DNA of 64,000 nt from Stegostoma tigrinum (lineage: Eukaryota): positions 51,886,481 through 51,950,480 of the forward strand of contig NC_081365.1 in the NCBI RefSeq assembly GCF_030684315.1. The letters run 5' to 3'. A program made the translations under genes and the position numbers. The notes under the pieces are model-generated. The model was given only the letters and a program-made list of their open reading frames with translations, ran no database searches and had not been told where the DNA came from. Position 1 is the stretch's first letter. The number at the start of each line of letters is the position of its first letter. This document shows, in pieces, positions 40,131 through 51,714 of the stretch.

Positions 40131-41699
40131 AGTTCAACATTATCTAGCTTTAAAATACACCAGGCTTTGAATATAATGAGCTGTGGTGAAAAATTTGGGA
40201 GAATTGCGTGTGATGTTGAGGGAAATCTTTCTCACCTTCAAGACCAATATGTTGCATTTTCCAACCTAGTCTCAGTTTTCAAAATGTGATTCTTGAATGT
40301 GATCAGTGAGAGGACTGTTATTAGGATTATCATTCATTCTCATCATCATTACCACCTAATCCCATTTCATTGATACATGTGCTCTCATTCTTCTATATCC
40401 TCCAGGAAGAAGCTAGGTACTAAACATTCTTATTATGAAAATCTGAATGAGTACCTGGTGACTCCATCTTGCCACCTTCTCGACCAGACCTTTGTCTTGC
40501 ACACCTGCCACCAACATCTCAGGGCTCACTGCATGGACTGCGGCCACGATCACGCCACATCCACAGGCCTTGACATCTGACATGTATCAAATTCATCACA
40601 TCATCATGGTGCATCTGTTTCACTTACTTATTACTTCTACACTTTAGTAGTACATTCTGGAATGCAACACCACGTTTCAGAGCAACACTGCTATAAGGAC
40701 ACATTGCATGAACAATTCCCTAGCTCACAGACTTGGCTAGGGAGCATCTGTAGGCTAGGTTGCTTACTCTGTTAGTGTCCACATTCTTTGTGCCTATATG
40801 AATCCTCACAACATCCCTGCCTTAGATTGCCATTTTGAATTTCCCCCCTCAGCTGGAGCTTAAAGTCCCATTGTTCTTCTGCCTTGCTCTGCTATTCAGT
40901 GCAAACAATAACCTAGGTTGACATGCTTGTCAGCATCATCTGTCAAAGGAGCAGAAACTTTGCTATAGGACACCATTCTATCTGAATATCACATCTGCAT
41001 TATTTGCAAAATACTGTAATTGGAGTAACGAAATGGTCATGCCGCAAAATTGAAATTGAGCAGTCATCAGTTATAGAGGGGCTCCATCCAATATCAATCC
41101 AGGTGTGTGGGTGTAGTTGGCACAATGGAACTGTCAGGATCAAGTTCTTCTCCTAGTAAGTGATGTGCAGCTGAATGTTAGGCATTTCACCACCCATCTT
41201 AGCTCTTTCTGAGGGCCATTTTCATCCTGAAATGAGACAAAGGGAGGATCTAGGTGAGATGAAAGTGACTCATACAGCTATTAATGTTGGCCTAGGTGGA
41301 GAAGTGCGACAAAGTGTCCTGAGTGAATGAAAGAGCCTGAGATAAAGATGCTCTGCTAGGTTAATAAGACGGGGCAGGTGCAAGCAAGTGAGGAAAGATG
41401 TTGCTTGTGGCAGTGAGGGTGGCAGAGTAAAGTACTTGGTGGGAGATGGGTGCAGGAGTGGAGATGCACTGAGCATGAGGTAGCAGAGAGAAGATGGTGG
41501 CACTTACCCTATCAGAGAAGACAAAGCCATTGACCTTCTTACAGATTTATGCACATCCCTCAGATGGCTGAGGCCACACTGACCCTGGTGGTAACTTTAT
41601 AGAACATAGAACATTACAGCACAGTGCAGGCCCTTCGGCCCTCGATGTTGTGCCAACCTGTCATACCGATCTCAAGCCCATCTAACCTACACTATTCCA

Positions 41700-44510
41700 T
41701 GTACGTCCATATGCTTGTCCAATGACAACGTAAATGTACCTCAAGTTGGCGAATCTACTACCGTTGCAGGCAAAGCCTTCCGTTCTCTTACTACTCTCTG
41801 AGTAAGGAAACTACCTCTGACATTTGTCCTATATCTTTCACCCCTCAATTTAAAGCTATGCCCCCTCGTGCTCGCCGTCACCATCCTAGGAAAAAGGCTC
41901 TCCCTATCCGCCTTATCTAACCCTCTGATTATTTTATATGTTTCAATTAAGTCACCTCTCAACCTTCTCTCTCATAAAAACAGCCTCAAGTCCCTCAGCC
42001 TTTCCTCGTAAGACCTTCCCTCCATACCAGGCAACATCCTAGTAAAACTCCTCTGCCCCCTTTCCAAACCTTTTACATCCTTCTTATAATGCGGTGACCA
42101 GAACTGTACGCAATACTCCAAGTGCGGCCGCACCAGAGTTTTGTACAACTTCACCATAAACTCTTGGTTCCAGAACTCGATCCCTCTATTAATAAAAGCT
42201 AAAACACTGTATGCTTTCTTAACAGCCCTGTCAACCTGGGTGGCAACTTTCAATGATCTGTGTACATGGACCCTGAGATCTCTCTGCTCATCTACACTAC
42301 TAAGAATCTTACCATTAGCCCTGTACTTTGCCTTCCGGTTACTCCTACCAAAGTGCATCACCTCACACTTGTCTGCATTAAACTCCATTTGCCACCTCTC
42401 AGCCCAGCTCTGCAGCTTATCTATGTCTCTCTGCAACCTACAGCATCCTTTGTCACTATCCACAACTCCATCGAACTTAGTGTCGTCTGCAAATTTACTA
42501 ACCCATCCTTCTACGCCCTCATCCAGGTCATTTATAAAAATGACACAATCACTGGTCCCAACACCGACCCTTGCGGTACACCACAAGTAACTGGTCTCCC
42601 GGATGAACATTTCCCATCAACTACCACCCTCTGTCTTCTTTCGGCAAGCCAATTTCCAATCCAAACTGCTATATCTCCCACAACTCCATTCCTCCGCATT
42701 TTGTACAATAGCCTATTGTGGGGAACCTTATCGAACGCCTTGCTGAAATCCAAATACACCACATCAACTGGTTTACTCTCATCTACCTGTTTGGTCACCT
42801 TCTCAAAGAACTCAGTAAGGTTTGTGAGGCACAACCTTCCCTTCACAAAACCATCCTGACTATCCCTAATCAATTTATTCTTTTCTAGATGATTATAAAT
42901 CCTATCCCTTATAATCTTTTCCAACACTTTACCAACAACTGAGGTAAGGCTCACTGGTCTATAATTACCAGGGTTGTCTCTACTCCCCTTCTTGAACAGG
43001 GGAACCACATTTACTATCCTCCAGTCATCTGGCACTATTCCTGTAGACAATGACGAGTTAAAGATCAATGCCAAACGCTCGGCAATCTCTTCCCTGGCTT
43101 CCCAGAGGATCCGAGGATAAATCCCATCCGGCCCAGGGGACTTATCTATCTTCAACTTCTGAAGGATTTCTAATACCTCTTCCATGTGAACCTCAATTCC
43201 ACCTAGCCTAGTAGCCTGTATCTCAGTATTCTCCTCGACAACATTGTCGTTTTCTAGAGTGAATACTGTCGAAAAATATTCATTTAGCGCTTCCCCTATC
43301 TCATCTGACTCCACACACAATTTACCACTACTATCCTTGATTGGGCCTAATCTTACTTTCGTCATTCTTTTATTCCCTAAATACCTATAGAAAGCCTTAG
43401 GGTTTACCCTGATCCTATCCGCCAACAACTTCTCATGTCTCCTCCTGGCTCTTCTGAGCTCTCTCTTTAGGTCTTTCCTGGCTACCTCGTAGCCGTCAAG
43501 TGCCCTAACTGAGCCTTCACAACTCATCATAACATAAGCCTTCTTCTTCCTCTTGACCAGAGATTCCACCTCCTTCGTAAACCACGGCTCCCGCACTCTA
43601 CAGCTTCCTCCCTGCCTGACAGGTACATGTTTATCTAGGACACACAGGAGCGTTTCCTTGAATAAGCTCCACATTTCTAATGTGCCCATCCCCTGCAGTT
43701 TCCTTCCCCATTCTAGGCTCCCTAAATCTTGCCTAATCTCATTGTAATTGCCTTTCCCCCAGCTATAACTCTTGCCCAGTGGTATACACCTATCCCTTTC
43801 CATCACTAAAGTAAACATAACAGAATTGTGATCGCTATCACCAAAGTGCTCACCTACTTCCAAATCTAACACCTGGCCAGGCTCATTACCCAGTACCAAA
43901 TCTAATGTGGCTTCGCCCGTTGTTGGCCTATCTGCATACTGTGTCAGGAAGCCCTCCTGCACACTCTGGACAAAAACTGACCCATCTATAGTACTCGAAC
44001 TATAGTGTTTCCAGTCAATATTTGAAAAGTTGAAGTCCCCCCATGACAACTACCCTGTCTCTCTCACTCCTATCGAGAATCATCTTTGCTATCCTTTCCT
44101 CTACATCTCTGGAACTATTCGGAGGCCTATAGAAAACTCCCAACAGGGTGACCTCTCCTTTCCTGTTTCTAACCTCAGCCCATACTACCTCAGTTGACGA
44201 GTCCCCAAACATCCTTTCTGCAACTGTAATACTGTCCTTGACCAACAATGCCACACCTCCGCCCCTTTTACCATCTTCTCTGTTCTTACTGAAACATCTA
44301 AATCCCAGAACCTGCAACAACCATTCCTGTCCCTGCTCTATCCATGTCTCCGAAATGGCCACAACATCGAAGTCCCAGGTACCAGCCCATGCTGCAAGTT
44401 CACCCACCTTATTCCAGACGATCCTGGTGTTGAAGTAGACACACTTCAATCCAACGTCTTGCTTGCTGGTGCCATCTTGCTTCCCTGAAACTTTATTTCG
44501 GACCACCCTA
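41700..44510 (-). pseudogene. CR1 ORF2: APE endonuclease + reverse transcriptase, broken into 4 ORF pieces
   Basis: 'ISETW', 'GGGVA', 'YRPPNS', 'GDFN', 'SDHN', 'SPGPDG', 'NYRPVSL', 'YLDFSKAFDKVPH', 'GVPQGSVLGP', 'FADDTK' and 'RPHLEYC'; frameshifts near 44040, 42550 and 41970. Confidence 0.96.
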
Positions 44511-44559
44511 CTCTCAACCTTTTCTTTAGTCGAACTACAATTTTGGTGCCCATCCCCCT

Positions 44560-45512
44560 GCTGAATTCATTTAAACCCACCCGAACAGCCTTAGCAAATT
44601 TCCCCCCCAGAATATCGGCACCAGTCTGGTTCAGGTGAAGACCATCATGCTTGTAGAGGTCCCACCTACCCCAGAAAGAGCCCCAATTATCCAAGAATCC
44701 AAAACCCTCCCTCCTGCACCATCCCTGTAGCCACGTGCTCAACTCCTCTCTCTCCCTATTCCTCATCTCACTAGCACGTGGCACGGGCAACAAACCAGAG
44801 ACAACAAAACTGTTTGTCCTAGCGCTCAGCTTCCATCCTAGCTCCCTGAATTTCTGCCTTAAATCCCCGTCTCTCTTCCTACCTATGTCGTTGGTGCCAA
44901 TGTGGACCACGACTTGGGGCTGCTCCCCCTCCCCCTTAAGGATCCCAAAAACATGATCAGAGACATCACGCACCCTGGCACCTGGGAGGCAACGCACCAA
45001 CCGTGAGTCTCTCTCGTCCCCACAGAACCTCCTGTCTGTCCCCCTAACTATGGAGTCCCCAATGACTAATGCTCTGTTCCTCTTCCCCCTTCCCTTCTGA
45101 GCAGCAGGGGCAGACTCTGTGCTAGAGACCCATGCCCCACTGCTTTCCCCGGTAAGTGGTCCCCCCCAACAGTATCCAAAACGGTATACTTATTGTTGAG
45201 GGGAATGGCCACTGGGGATCCCCGCACTGCCTGCCGGTTCCCTTTCCGTCCCCTGACCGTAACCCATCTGCCTTTTTCCTGTACTTGAGGAGTGACTACC
45301 TCCCTGTAACTCCTCTCAATAACCCCCTCTGCCTCCCGAATGATCTGAAGTTGCTCCAGCTCCAGCTCCAGCTCCAGCTCCCTAACGCGGTTTTCGAGGA
45401 GCTGGAGTTGGGTGCACTTCCCGCAGATGTAGTCAGCAGGGACACTAGTGGTGACCCTTACCTCCCACATTCTGCAGGAGGAACATTCAACTGCCCTGAC
45501 CTCCGTTCCCAT
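44560..45512 (-). pseudogene. CR1 ORF1: CxxC..CxxC zinc finger, leucine zipper, SGNH/GDSL esterase domain (frameshift near 45150)
   Basis: 'CSSC...CGKC', 'LENRVRELELELELEQL', 'LVIGDSIVRG', 'CLPGARV', 'HIGTNDIG' and 'DGLHLN'. Confidence 0.92.
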
Positions 45513-46544
45513 TGTTCTAAATTCCCAAAGACTTAAAAGAAAGAATAAAAAATAAACTTGTTACCTTACCAATCAGGCACACAGAACCTTTTTTTTTGGT
45601 TAGAGGAGGAGGATGAGTGGGAGACACTACCCGGGTCGTGTTTCGGGTAATGCAACCACACAAATATATTACCTCACTTACTCACCAGTCCCATGTCAGC
45701 TCCTGCTCAGTGTACCTCCTCCTATTCACGAGGTAAGCTTTTTAAAGATTCAAAAACAGTGACTCAACGGCTTCCCGACAGGCCCCTGCTCCAAGCTCCC
45801 GCTCGCGCTGCTGCAACCAGAAATGGAAGGCACCGGCACTCGAGGTAAGCTTTTTAAACCAAATTTTGGGGCAGGTTGGCACAGTCTGGTGTGGTGGCCT
45901 CCTTTGATCGTTTCAGATAGCCTGCATCAGCCTATACATCAAAAACTCCAGACATCTGACCACAAAACAACACACTAGTTTGCCCTTATCTGCCATGTCT
46001 GGGGCAAATTTCATAAACCATGCAGGGCAGCTCTGGAATACTAGCACTTGACTGGGTGCACAGCAACCTTTTAAGAGATTTGGCCAGTGACAGGGATTGT
46101 GAAATATCACAGCAGTGGAGAATACTTTTGGCTAAGGTGGTGGGAGAACCATATTAGCACTTGATAAAGGGACACCACCACAGCGGGGGTAGTAGTTTGC
46201 TAACAAGGTGGGTTTAGGAAGATCATGCAAGTAAGCCCATAAGGCCTCATGAGAGAAACCCTTTATGAAGCTTGATGAAAATGACACTTATGCAACATAT
46301 GGGACAATTCAGCTGATTAATCAGCTCTTTAATTAGTCTACATTTGCACAGTGACTATAATTTTGTACTGAATCACCGCATTTTTTTCCAAAATCACCCC
46401 CACAGCTGAGGTTATACTGACTGGATTATCTTTACACTTAATTGTTGAACAATAGTTCAACATTTGCATTTCTCTGGCCCTATGGCAGTGCCACTAAGTC
46501 TAAGGAACATTGACACATTCTGCTCATTGCATCTGCAATTTCCA

Positions 46545-47160
46545 AGTGTATGATCCATCTCAGCCTCCTCCAGTAGTCCCCAACATTACAGATGCCCAGT
46601 CTTCAGCCAATTCATTTCACTCTGTGTGATATCAAGAAATGGTTGGAGGCACCGGATACTGCAAAGGCTATGGGCCCTGACAGCATTCCGACAATAGTAA
46701 TGAAGACTCGTGCTCCAGATCTTGCTGCTCCCTGAGCCAAGTGTTTCCAGTATAGTTACAACATTGGCATCCACACAGTAATGTGCAAAATTGTCCAGGC
46801 TGACCTGTATACAGAAAGGAGGAAGAATACCATTGAGGGCCGAAGGGCGTGTACTATGCTGTAATGTTCTATGTTCTCTACAATTTAGCCAATTAGCCTC
46901 ATCGGTCTACTTTTCATTATCAGTAAACTGATGGAAATTATAATCAAAATTGCTTTCAAGCAGTACATGCTCAACAATAATCTGCTCACTGATGCTAAAT
47001 TTGGGTTCTTCCAGGGCCTCTCAGCTCCTGACCACATTGCAGCCTTTGTTTAAACATGAGAAGAAGCTTTGTCTTCTATAGATGAGGTTCGAGTGACAGC
47101 CCTTGTCATCAATGCCACATTTGAATGGGTTCGACATCAAGGATCCCGAACAAAGCTGGT
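46545..47160 (+). mobile_element. CR1/L2-group LINE ORF2 fragment with a ~50-bp CR1 tail inserted at 46830-46878
   Basis: gcaaaggctatgggccctgacagcattcc (AKAMGPDSIP) and aatttgggttcttccagg; insert gagggccgaagggcgtgtactatgctgtaatgttctatgttct. Confidence 0.85.
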
Positions 47161-47884
47161 GTGCAAAGAGTTTGCCACTTATTCCCATTGGTCAGCATCT
47201 TAGAAGGTTTCAGTGCATGAAAGAACTACACCAATGCAAGTAACAATTATAGCAAAATCACAAACAAGTTCACTGTAAATAAGTGAAGAATTTTCAGGCA
47301 GATAGCACACAAAGGATATTTCTGGGTAATAATTAAAAAGACAAAGAAAGCCAAAGGCAACATTGTAAGAGGAAAAGAATGATGTTCATTTTGTTTGGTG
47401 GTAAAAGTTGTAAACATGGACCTTCATCGAAGATTTTCAAGCATAATAGTTTTGCTTTAGTATTCTAATACAAACTGCAGCAAGTGGGTAAGTCAGTACA
47501 AAAGAACAGTTGACGTGAAAAGTTCATAATCTGTTCAGATGGATATCACATGGTCATTGTTATAACCATTGGTCTCTCAGAAAGCTCATGTAAATCCTAT
47601 CATGATTAATCTTTGATGAATTAGCAAGAAAACAATAACTAGACACAGCAATGGACAAATAAAAGCAAAAGCCTTTTTACACTGGACTACATTTGAACTG
47701 GAGTGGCTGGTAGAATCTGAAGAAAATAATCGACATCAGCTCGCTACATGCCATCAGCCCCTGGTTATGATTAAGCATAAATTTGATAAGATATATATTT
47801 TGTCTAAATTATATGAATCTATAGCAATTATAGTAGAAATATAATTAAAGAATAATTTATCCATATCATTCAAAGTTAAAGATT

Positions 47885-48192
47885 ACGGCTTCAAGGATGC
47901 CTTCAAAGCTTCCATGAAAACATGCATCACCTCCATTGATTCATGGAACCTCTAGCCAAAGACTACACAAATTAGAGAAGAAGCATTGGGAAATTAGCTT
48001 CTCCCTGCTGTTATCAGACTTTTCAAATGGACCTTGCAAATGTTAATTCTGATCATTCTCTGCAGCTGTAAGACTGCATTCTGCACCATGTTCTGTTACC
48101 CAGGTACACTTTGCAAGGCACAAACTGCCTGTAAAGAACACAAAACAACACTTTTCACTGTATCTGGATATGTGTGACAGTAATAAATCAGG
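47885..48192 (+). mobile_element. Short RTE-like 3' fragment followed by a Rex/Babar-like 3' end
   Basis: 'FKDAFKASMKTC..SIDSW' followed by agcttctccctgctgttatcagact...cttttcactgtatc...gtgacagtaataaatca. Family names are from recall. Confidence 0.5.
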
Positions 48193-49334
48193 CTTAGACA
48201 AACCATTTTCAGCATCTTTGACAGACCCAGGTGGAGATCAAGCACAAAATAGCAGAAAGAGTGAGTTTTCTGAGAATTCTTCCCACCTGCTTCAGCAAAC
48301 AACACTTGCCCACATTTGACAGGACTGCTCCAGCATTGGACTATTTTGTCACCTCAAATCCCACTCTACTGGAGTGGATGAGGGCATTCTCAATCCTGAG
48401 GGACTGTTGAGTTTAGTTTAATTAACCTAAAGAAATCAAAGTTGTGGTTTGTCTGATGTGACATAATTAAGTACTTGTTGGATCACAGAAACTAAGTTCC
48501 AACACTTCTCATGCTTTGATTTGGAGAAATTATGTGACATGGGAGGTGAGATTCTTAAAAAGTGGGAGAAAATTGTTTAGATATCCCCAGAAAGTTAATT
48601 TTGTCTGTCCTATGAAGTGTGAACTGAGTAGAAAGTACTACTGTTCCATTTAGTTTAACTACTGCGATCATCCAAAACATCACCTGGATGCTACAGCCCT
48701 GCAATTTTGAATTCTGAAAGAGAAGAAGAAAAAAGTCTGAGATACCTTTTTTTAAAGGAGGATCTTTGACATTACGCTTTTAGCAAAAAAATGAACACAC
48801 AGCTGAATTTTTATTTGACTAAGTCCGAGTGTATAGAGTTTTTTTTTTGGAGGGGTTCTTTTTGCATGATCTTAGAGGATAAGTTGTCATGCTCACCTTG
48901 CTGCCTGCTCACAATCAATCTATCAGTGCCACTGCATACACCTCCCACAACCACCTTCCCTGATGCTTGCAACTCATGAACTTACCCACATTTGCCTTTC
49001 AGACTCTCACACCATTAAAACTGCACACCCTCTTCTCTGCCTCCTCAGTCTTTTGAAACTCCTTAACACCTTTCCTCACATGCTTCAGGACCAAAAGCTA
49101 TACCACCAACTATCATTACAATCTGCCCCTCCGTGTTCTCACTACAGGAGAGGACAACCTTAGCAGTGTAGATGGCACAGGTAAGTCGGGGTCTGGGCGT
49201 TGGTGCACTGGCAGATTTGGCCCAATGTCCACATGTTCACTCTGCCAAAGTATCTTGGCAAAAGTAGAAGGAGGCCAGGACTGCTCTGACAGTGATGCTG
49301 AGACATATATATCTTGTGAAATGAGTAAATGCCT

Positions 49335-49740
49335 CAGCACAGACTACATTTCAGAGTAATTTGGTCAAGCTGAGTGGGAAAATGCATGGCAGATCAATAT
49401 AATGCGAATGAATGTATTGTCATACATTTTGGTAGCAAAGACAGAAAAGTAGATTGTTATCTGAATGACTTTAATTTGAAAGAGGGGAATGGGTAACAAG
49501 TCCTGGGTGTCTTCAAGTATCGTTCACTGAAAGTAAGTATGCAGTGCAGCATTTGGTGAAGAAATCAAATGGTGAGTTGGCCTTTATATTGAGAGGATGT
49601 GAGTACATAAGTGGGGATTTTTTGCTGCAGTTATTCAAAGCCTTGATGAAACCACACCAGAGTACACTGTGCAGTTTTGGTCTCCTTATCTGAGGAAAGA
49701 TATTCTTGATTTGGAGGGTGTGGAGTGAAGGTTCACTGAA
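49335..49740 (+). mobile_element. Decayed CR1 RT fragment
   Basis: accacaccagagtacactgtgcagttttggtctccttatctgagg (RPHLEYCVQFWSPYLR-like). Confidence 0.85.
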
Positions 49741-49747
49741 TTTATTT

Positions 49748-49909
49748 AATTTATTTCAGAGCCCCTTTCCCCTCCTTCATTTCTGAAGAAGGGTCCCAAC
49801 CCGAAACGTCAGCTTTCCTGCTCCTCTGATGCTGCCTGGCCTGCTGTGTTCATGTAGCTCTCCAACTTGTATATCAGATACTCCAGCATTAGCAGTTCTT
49901 ACTATCTCT
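49748..49909 (+). ncRNA. ORF-free Penelope terminal-repeat unit with intact minimal hammerhead core (49783-49810)
   Basis: CTGAAGA-A-GGGT-ccca-ACCC-GAAAC-GTC retains all core nucleotides; stem I is weak. Confidence 0.7.
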
Positions 49910-50592
49910 GGGTTCCAGTGAAATATTTGACTCTCCTAATTCAATATTCCTAACATGTGGTTCTCTATATGAGCAATAGCGTAGACGCCAAAGAGATAGC
50001 CAGATGTGGCTGTGCCACAGAAATGAACTATAGAGAGGTGGTCAACTATGTAGGATGGCAAGAAGGGTAGGCTGTCTGATTGCTTGTGTGCGACACTTTT
50101 CAAAGGTCTGAGACCAATGTTGTTTCCACTTAAGAGGCCTTTGAATAACATGTACTGCAGCTCCTTCCTCAATTGTCGAATTTACTTGCCCCACCTACCC
50201 AAAGACTTGTGGCAGCCTTTGAAATGCTCAGATTCATGACTGAAGGCTCAGTAAGCTCTTTTATTCCAGCAGCTTGCAACCTCAGCCTGTCTGCTCTGGG
50301 ACCTGTGTGGTAGCATACCATAAGCAAGGAATTTGGTCTCTTGAGATCTCTACAATATAGAAGGCCATTAGTAGAAGAAAGGGAACTAAATTAGGAAGAA
50401 ATGTGATTGCTACCTTTATTTTGTCAGGCCATGATTAGAAATTAGGCATCACGCATTAGAACAAAATACTATCTGGCCCATCATGGCCATTGAGGGATAA
50501 TGGGAACTGCAGATGCTGGAGAATTCCAAGATAATAAAATGTGAGGCTGGATGAACACAGCAGGCCAAGCAGCATCTCAGGAGCACAAAGCT

Positions 50593-50620
50593 GACGTTTC
50601 GGGCCTAGACCCTTCATCAG
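50593..50620 (-). ncRNA. Minimal type I hammerhead ribozyme motif, intact core
   Basis: Reverse complement CUGAUGA-A-GGGUC-ua-GGCCC-GAAAC-GUC. Predicted cleavage is after GUC (50593/50592), with a palindromic ACGU stem III. Confidence 0.75.
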
Positions 50621-50844
50621 AGAGGGGGATGGGGAGAGGGAACTGGAATAAATAGGGAGAGAGGGGGAGGTGGACCGAAGATGGAGAGTAAAGAAGATAG
50701 GTGGAGAGAGTGTAGGTGGGGAGGTAGGGAGGGGATAGGTCAGTCCAGGGAAGACGGACAGGTCAAGGAGGTGGGATGAGGTTAGTAGGTAGCTGGGGGT
50801 GCGGCTTGGGGTGGGAGGAAGGGATGGGTGAGAGGAAGAACCGG

Positions 50845-51714
50845 TTAGGGAGGCAGAGACAGGTTGGACTGGTTTTGGGATGCAGTGGGTGGGGGGGAAG
50901 AGCTGGGCTGGTTGTGTGGTGCAGTGGGGGGAGGGGACGAACTGGGCTGGTTTAGGGATGCAGTAGGAGAAGGGGAGATTTTGAAACTGGTGAAGTCCAC
51001 ATTGATACCATATGGCTGCAGGGTTCCCAGGCGGAATATGAGTTGCTGTTCCTGCAACCTTCGGGTGGCATCATTGTGGCAGTGCAGGAGGCCCATGATG
51101 GACATGTCATCTAGAGAATGGGAGGGGGAGTGGAAATGGTTTGCGACTGGGAGGTGCAGTTGTTTGTTGCGGACTGAGCGGAGGTGTTCTGCAAAGCGGT
51201 CCCCAAGCCTCCGCTTGGTTTCCCCAATGTAGAGGAAGCCGCACCGGGTACAGTGGATGCAGTATACCACATTGGCAGATGTGCAGGTGAACCTCTGCTT
51301 GATGTGGAATGTCATCTTGCGGCCTGGGATGGGGGTGAGGGAGGAGGTGTGGGGACAAGTGTAGCATTTCCTGCGGTTGCAGGGGAAGGTGCCGGGTGTG
51401 GTGGGGTTGGAGGGCAGTGTGGAGCGAACAAGGGAGCCACAGAGAGAGTGGTCTCTCCGGAAAGCTGACAGGGGAGGGGATGGAAAAATGTCTTGGGTGG
51501 TGGGGTCGGATTGTAAATGGCGGAAGTGTCGGAGGATAATGCGTTGTATCCGGAGGTTGGTAGGGTGGTGTGTGAGAACGAGGGGGATCCTCTTGGGGCG
51601 GTTGTGGCGGGGGCGGGGTGTGAGGGATGTGTTGCGGGAAATACGGGAGACGCGGTCAAGGGCGTTCTCGATCACTGTGGGGGGAAAGTTGCGGTCCTTG
51701 AAGAACTTGGACAT
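50845..51714 (-). CDS. Penelope ORF C-terminal fragment: linker with CxxxxCxxC + GIY-YIG endonuclease
   Basis: 'RIPLVLTHHP...PCNRRKCYTCP...VVYCIHCTRCGFLYIGETKRRLGDRFAEH...VANHF...EQQLIFRLGTLQP.GIN'; uninterrupted. Confidence 0.85.
   Translation of the reverse strand: MSKFFKDRNFPPTVIENALDRVSRISRNTSLTPRPRHNRPKRIPLVLTHHPTNLRIQRIILRHFRHLQSDPTTQDIFPSPPLSAFRRDHSLCGSLVRSTLPSNPTTPGTFPCNRRKCYTCPHTSSLTPIPGRKMTFHIKQRFTCTSANVVYCIHCTRCGFLYIGETKRRLGDRFAEHLRSVRNKQLHLPVANHFHSPSHSLDDMSIMGLLHCHNDATRRLQEQQLIFRLGTLQPYGINVDFTSFKISPSPTASLNQPSSSPPPTAPHNQPSSSPPPTASQNQSNLSLPP

Larger units (their letters stand above)
41599..45860 (-). mobile_element. Near-full-length CR1 LINE (5' UTR, ORF1, ORF2, tctatgt-repeat tail), inactivated by frameshifts
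   Basis: Continuous ORF1 and ORF2 motifs; tail atagaacatagaacattacagcacag at 41599; 5' UTR with a duplicated 18-mer. Confidence 0.97.
41508..45996 (-). pseudogene. Relic Myb/SANT-like (PIF/Harbinger ORF, NAIF1-like) first exon split by the CR1 (45996-45862 + 41598-41508)
   Basis: Joining the flanks gives MADKGKLVCCFVVRCLEFLMYRLMQ..DQRRPPHQTVPTCP|KVTTRVSVASAI...CKKVNGFVFSDR followed by GTAAGT. This resembles the F...L..L / W.EVA..VS / QCRKK.NDL pattern of Myb/SANT-like domains. Confidence 0.55.

Noticed and set aside
42141-45536. Plus-strand ORFs of 64-199 aa
   Set aside because: These are antisense shadows of CR1 ORF1/ORF2.
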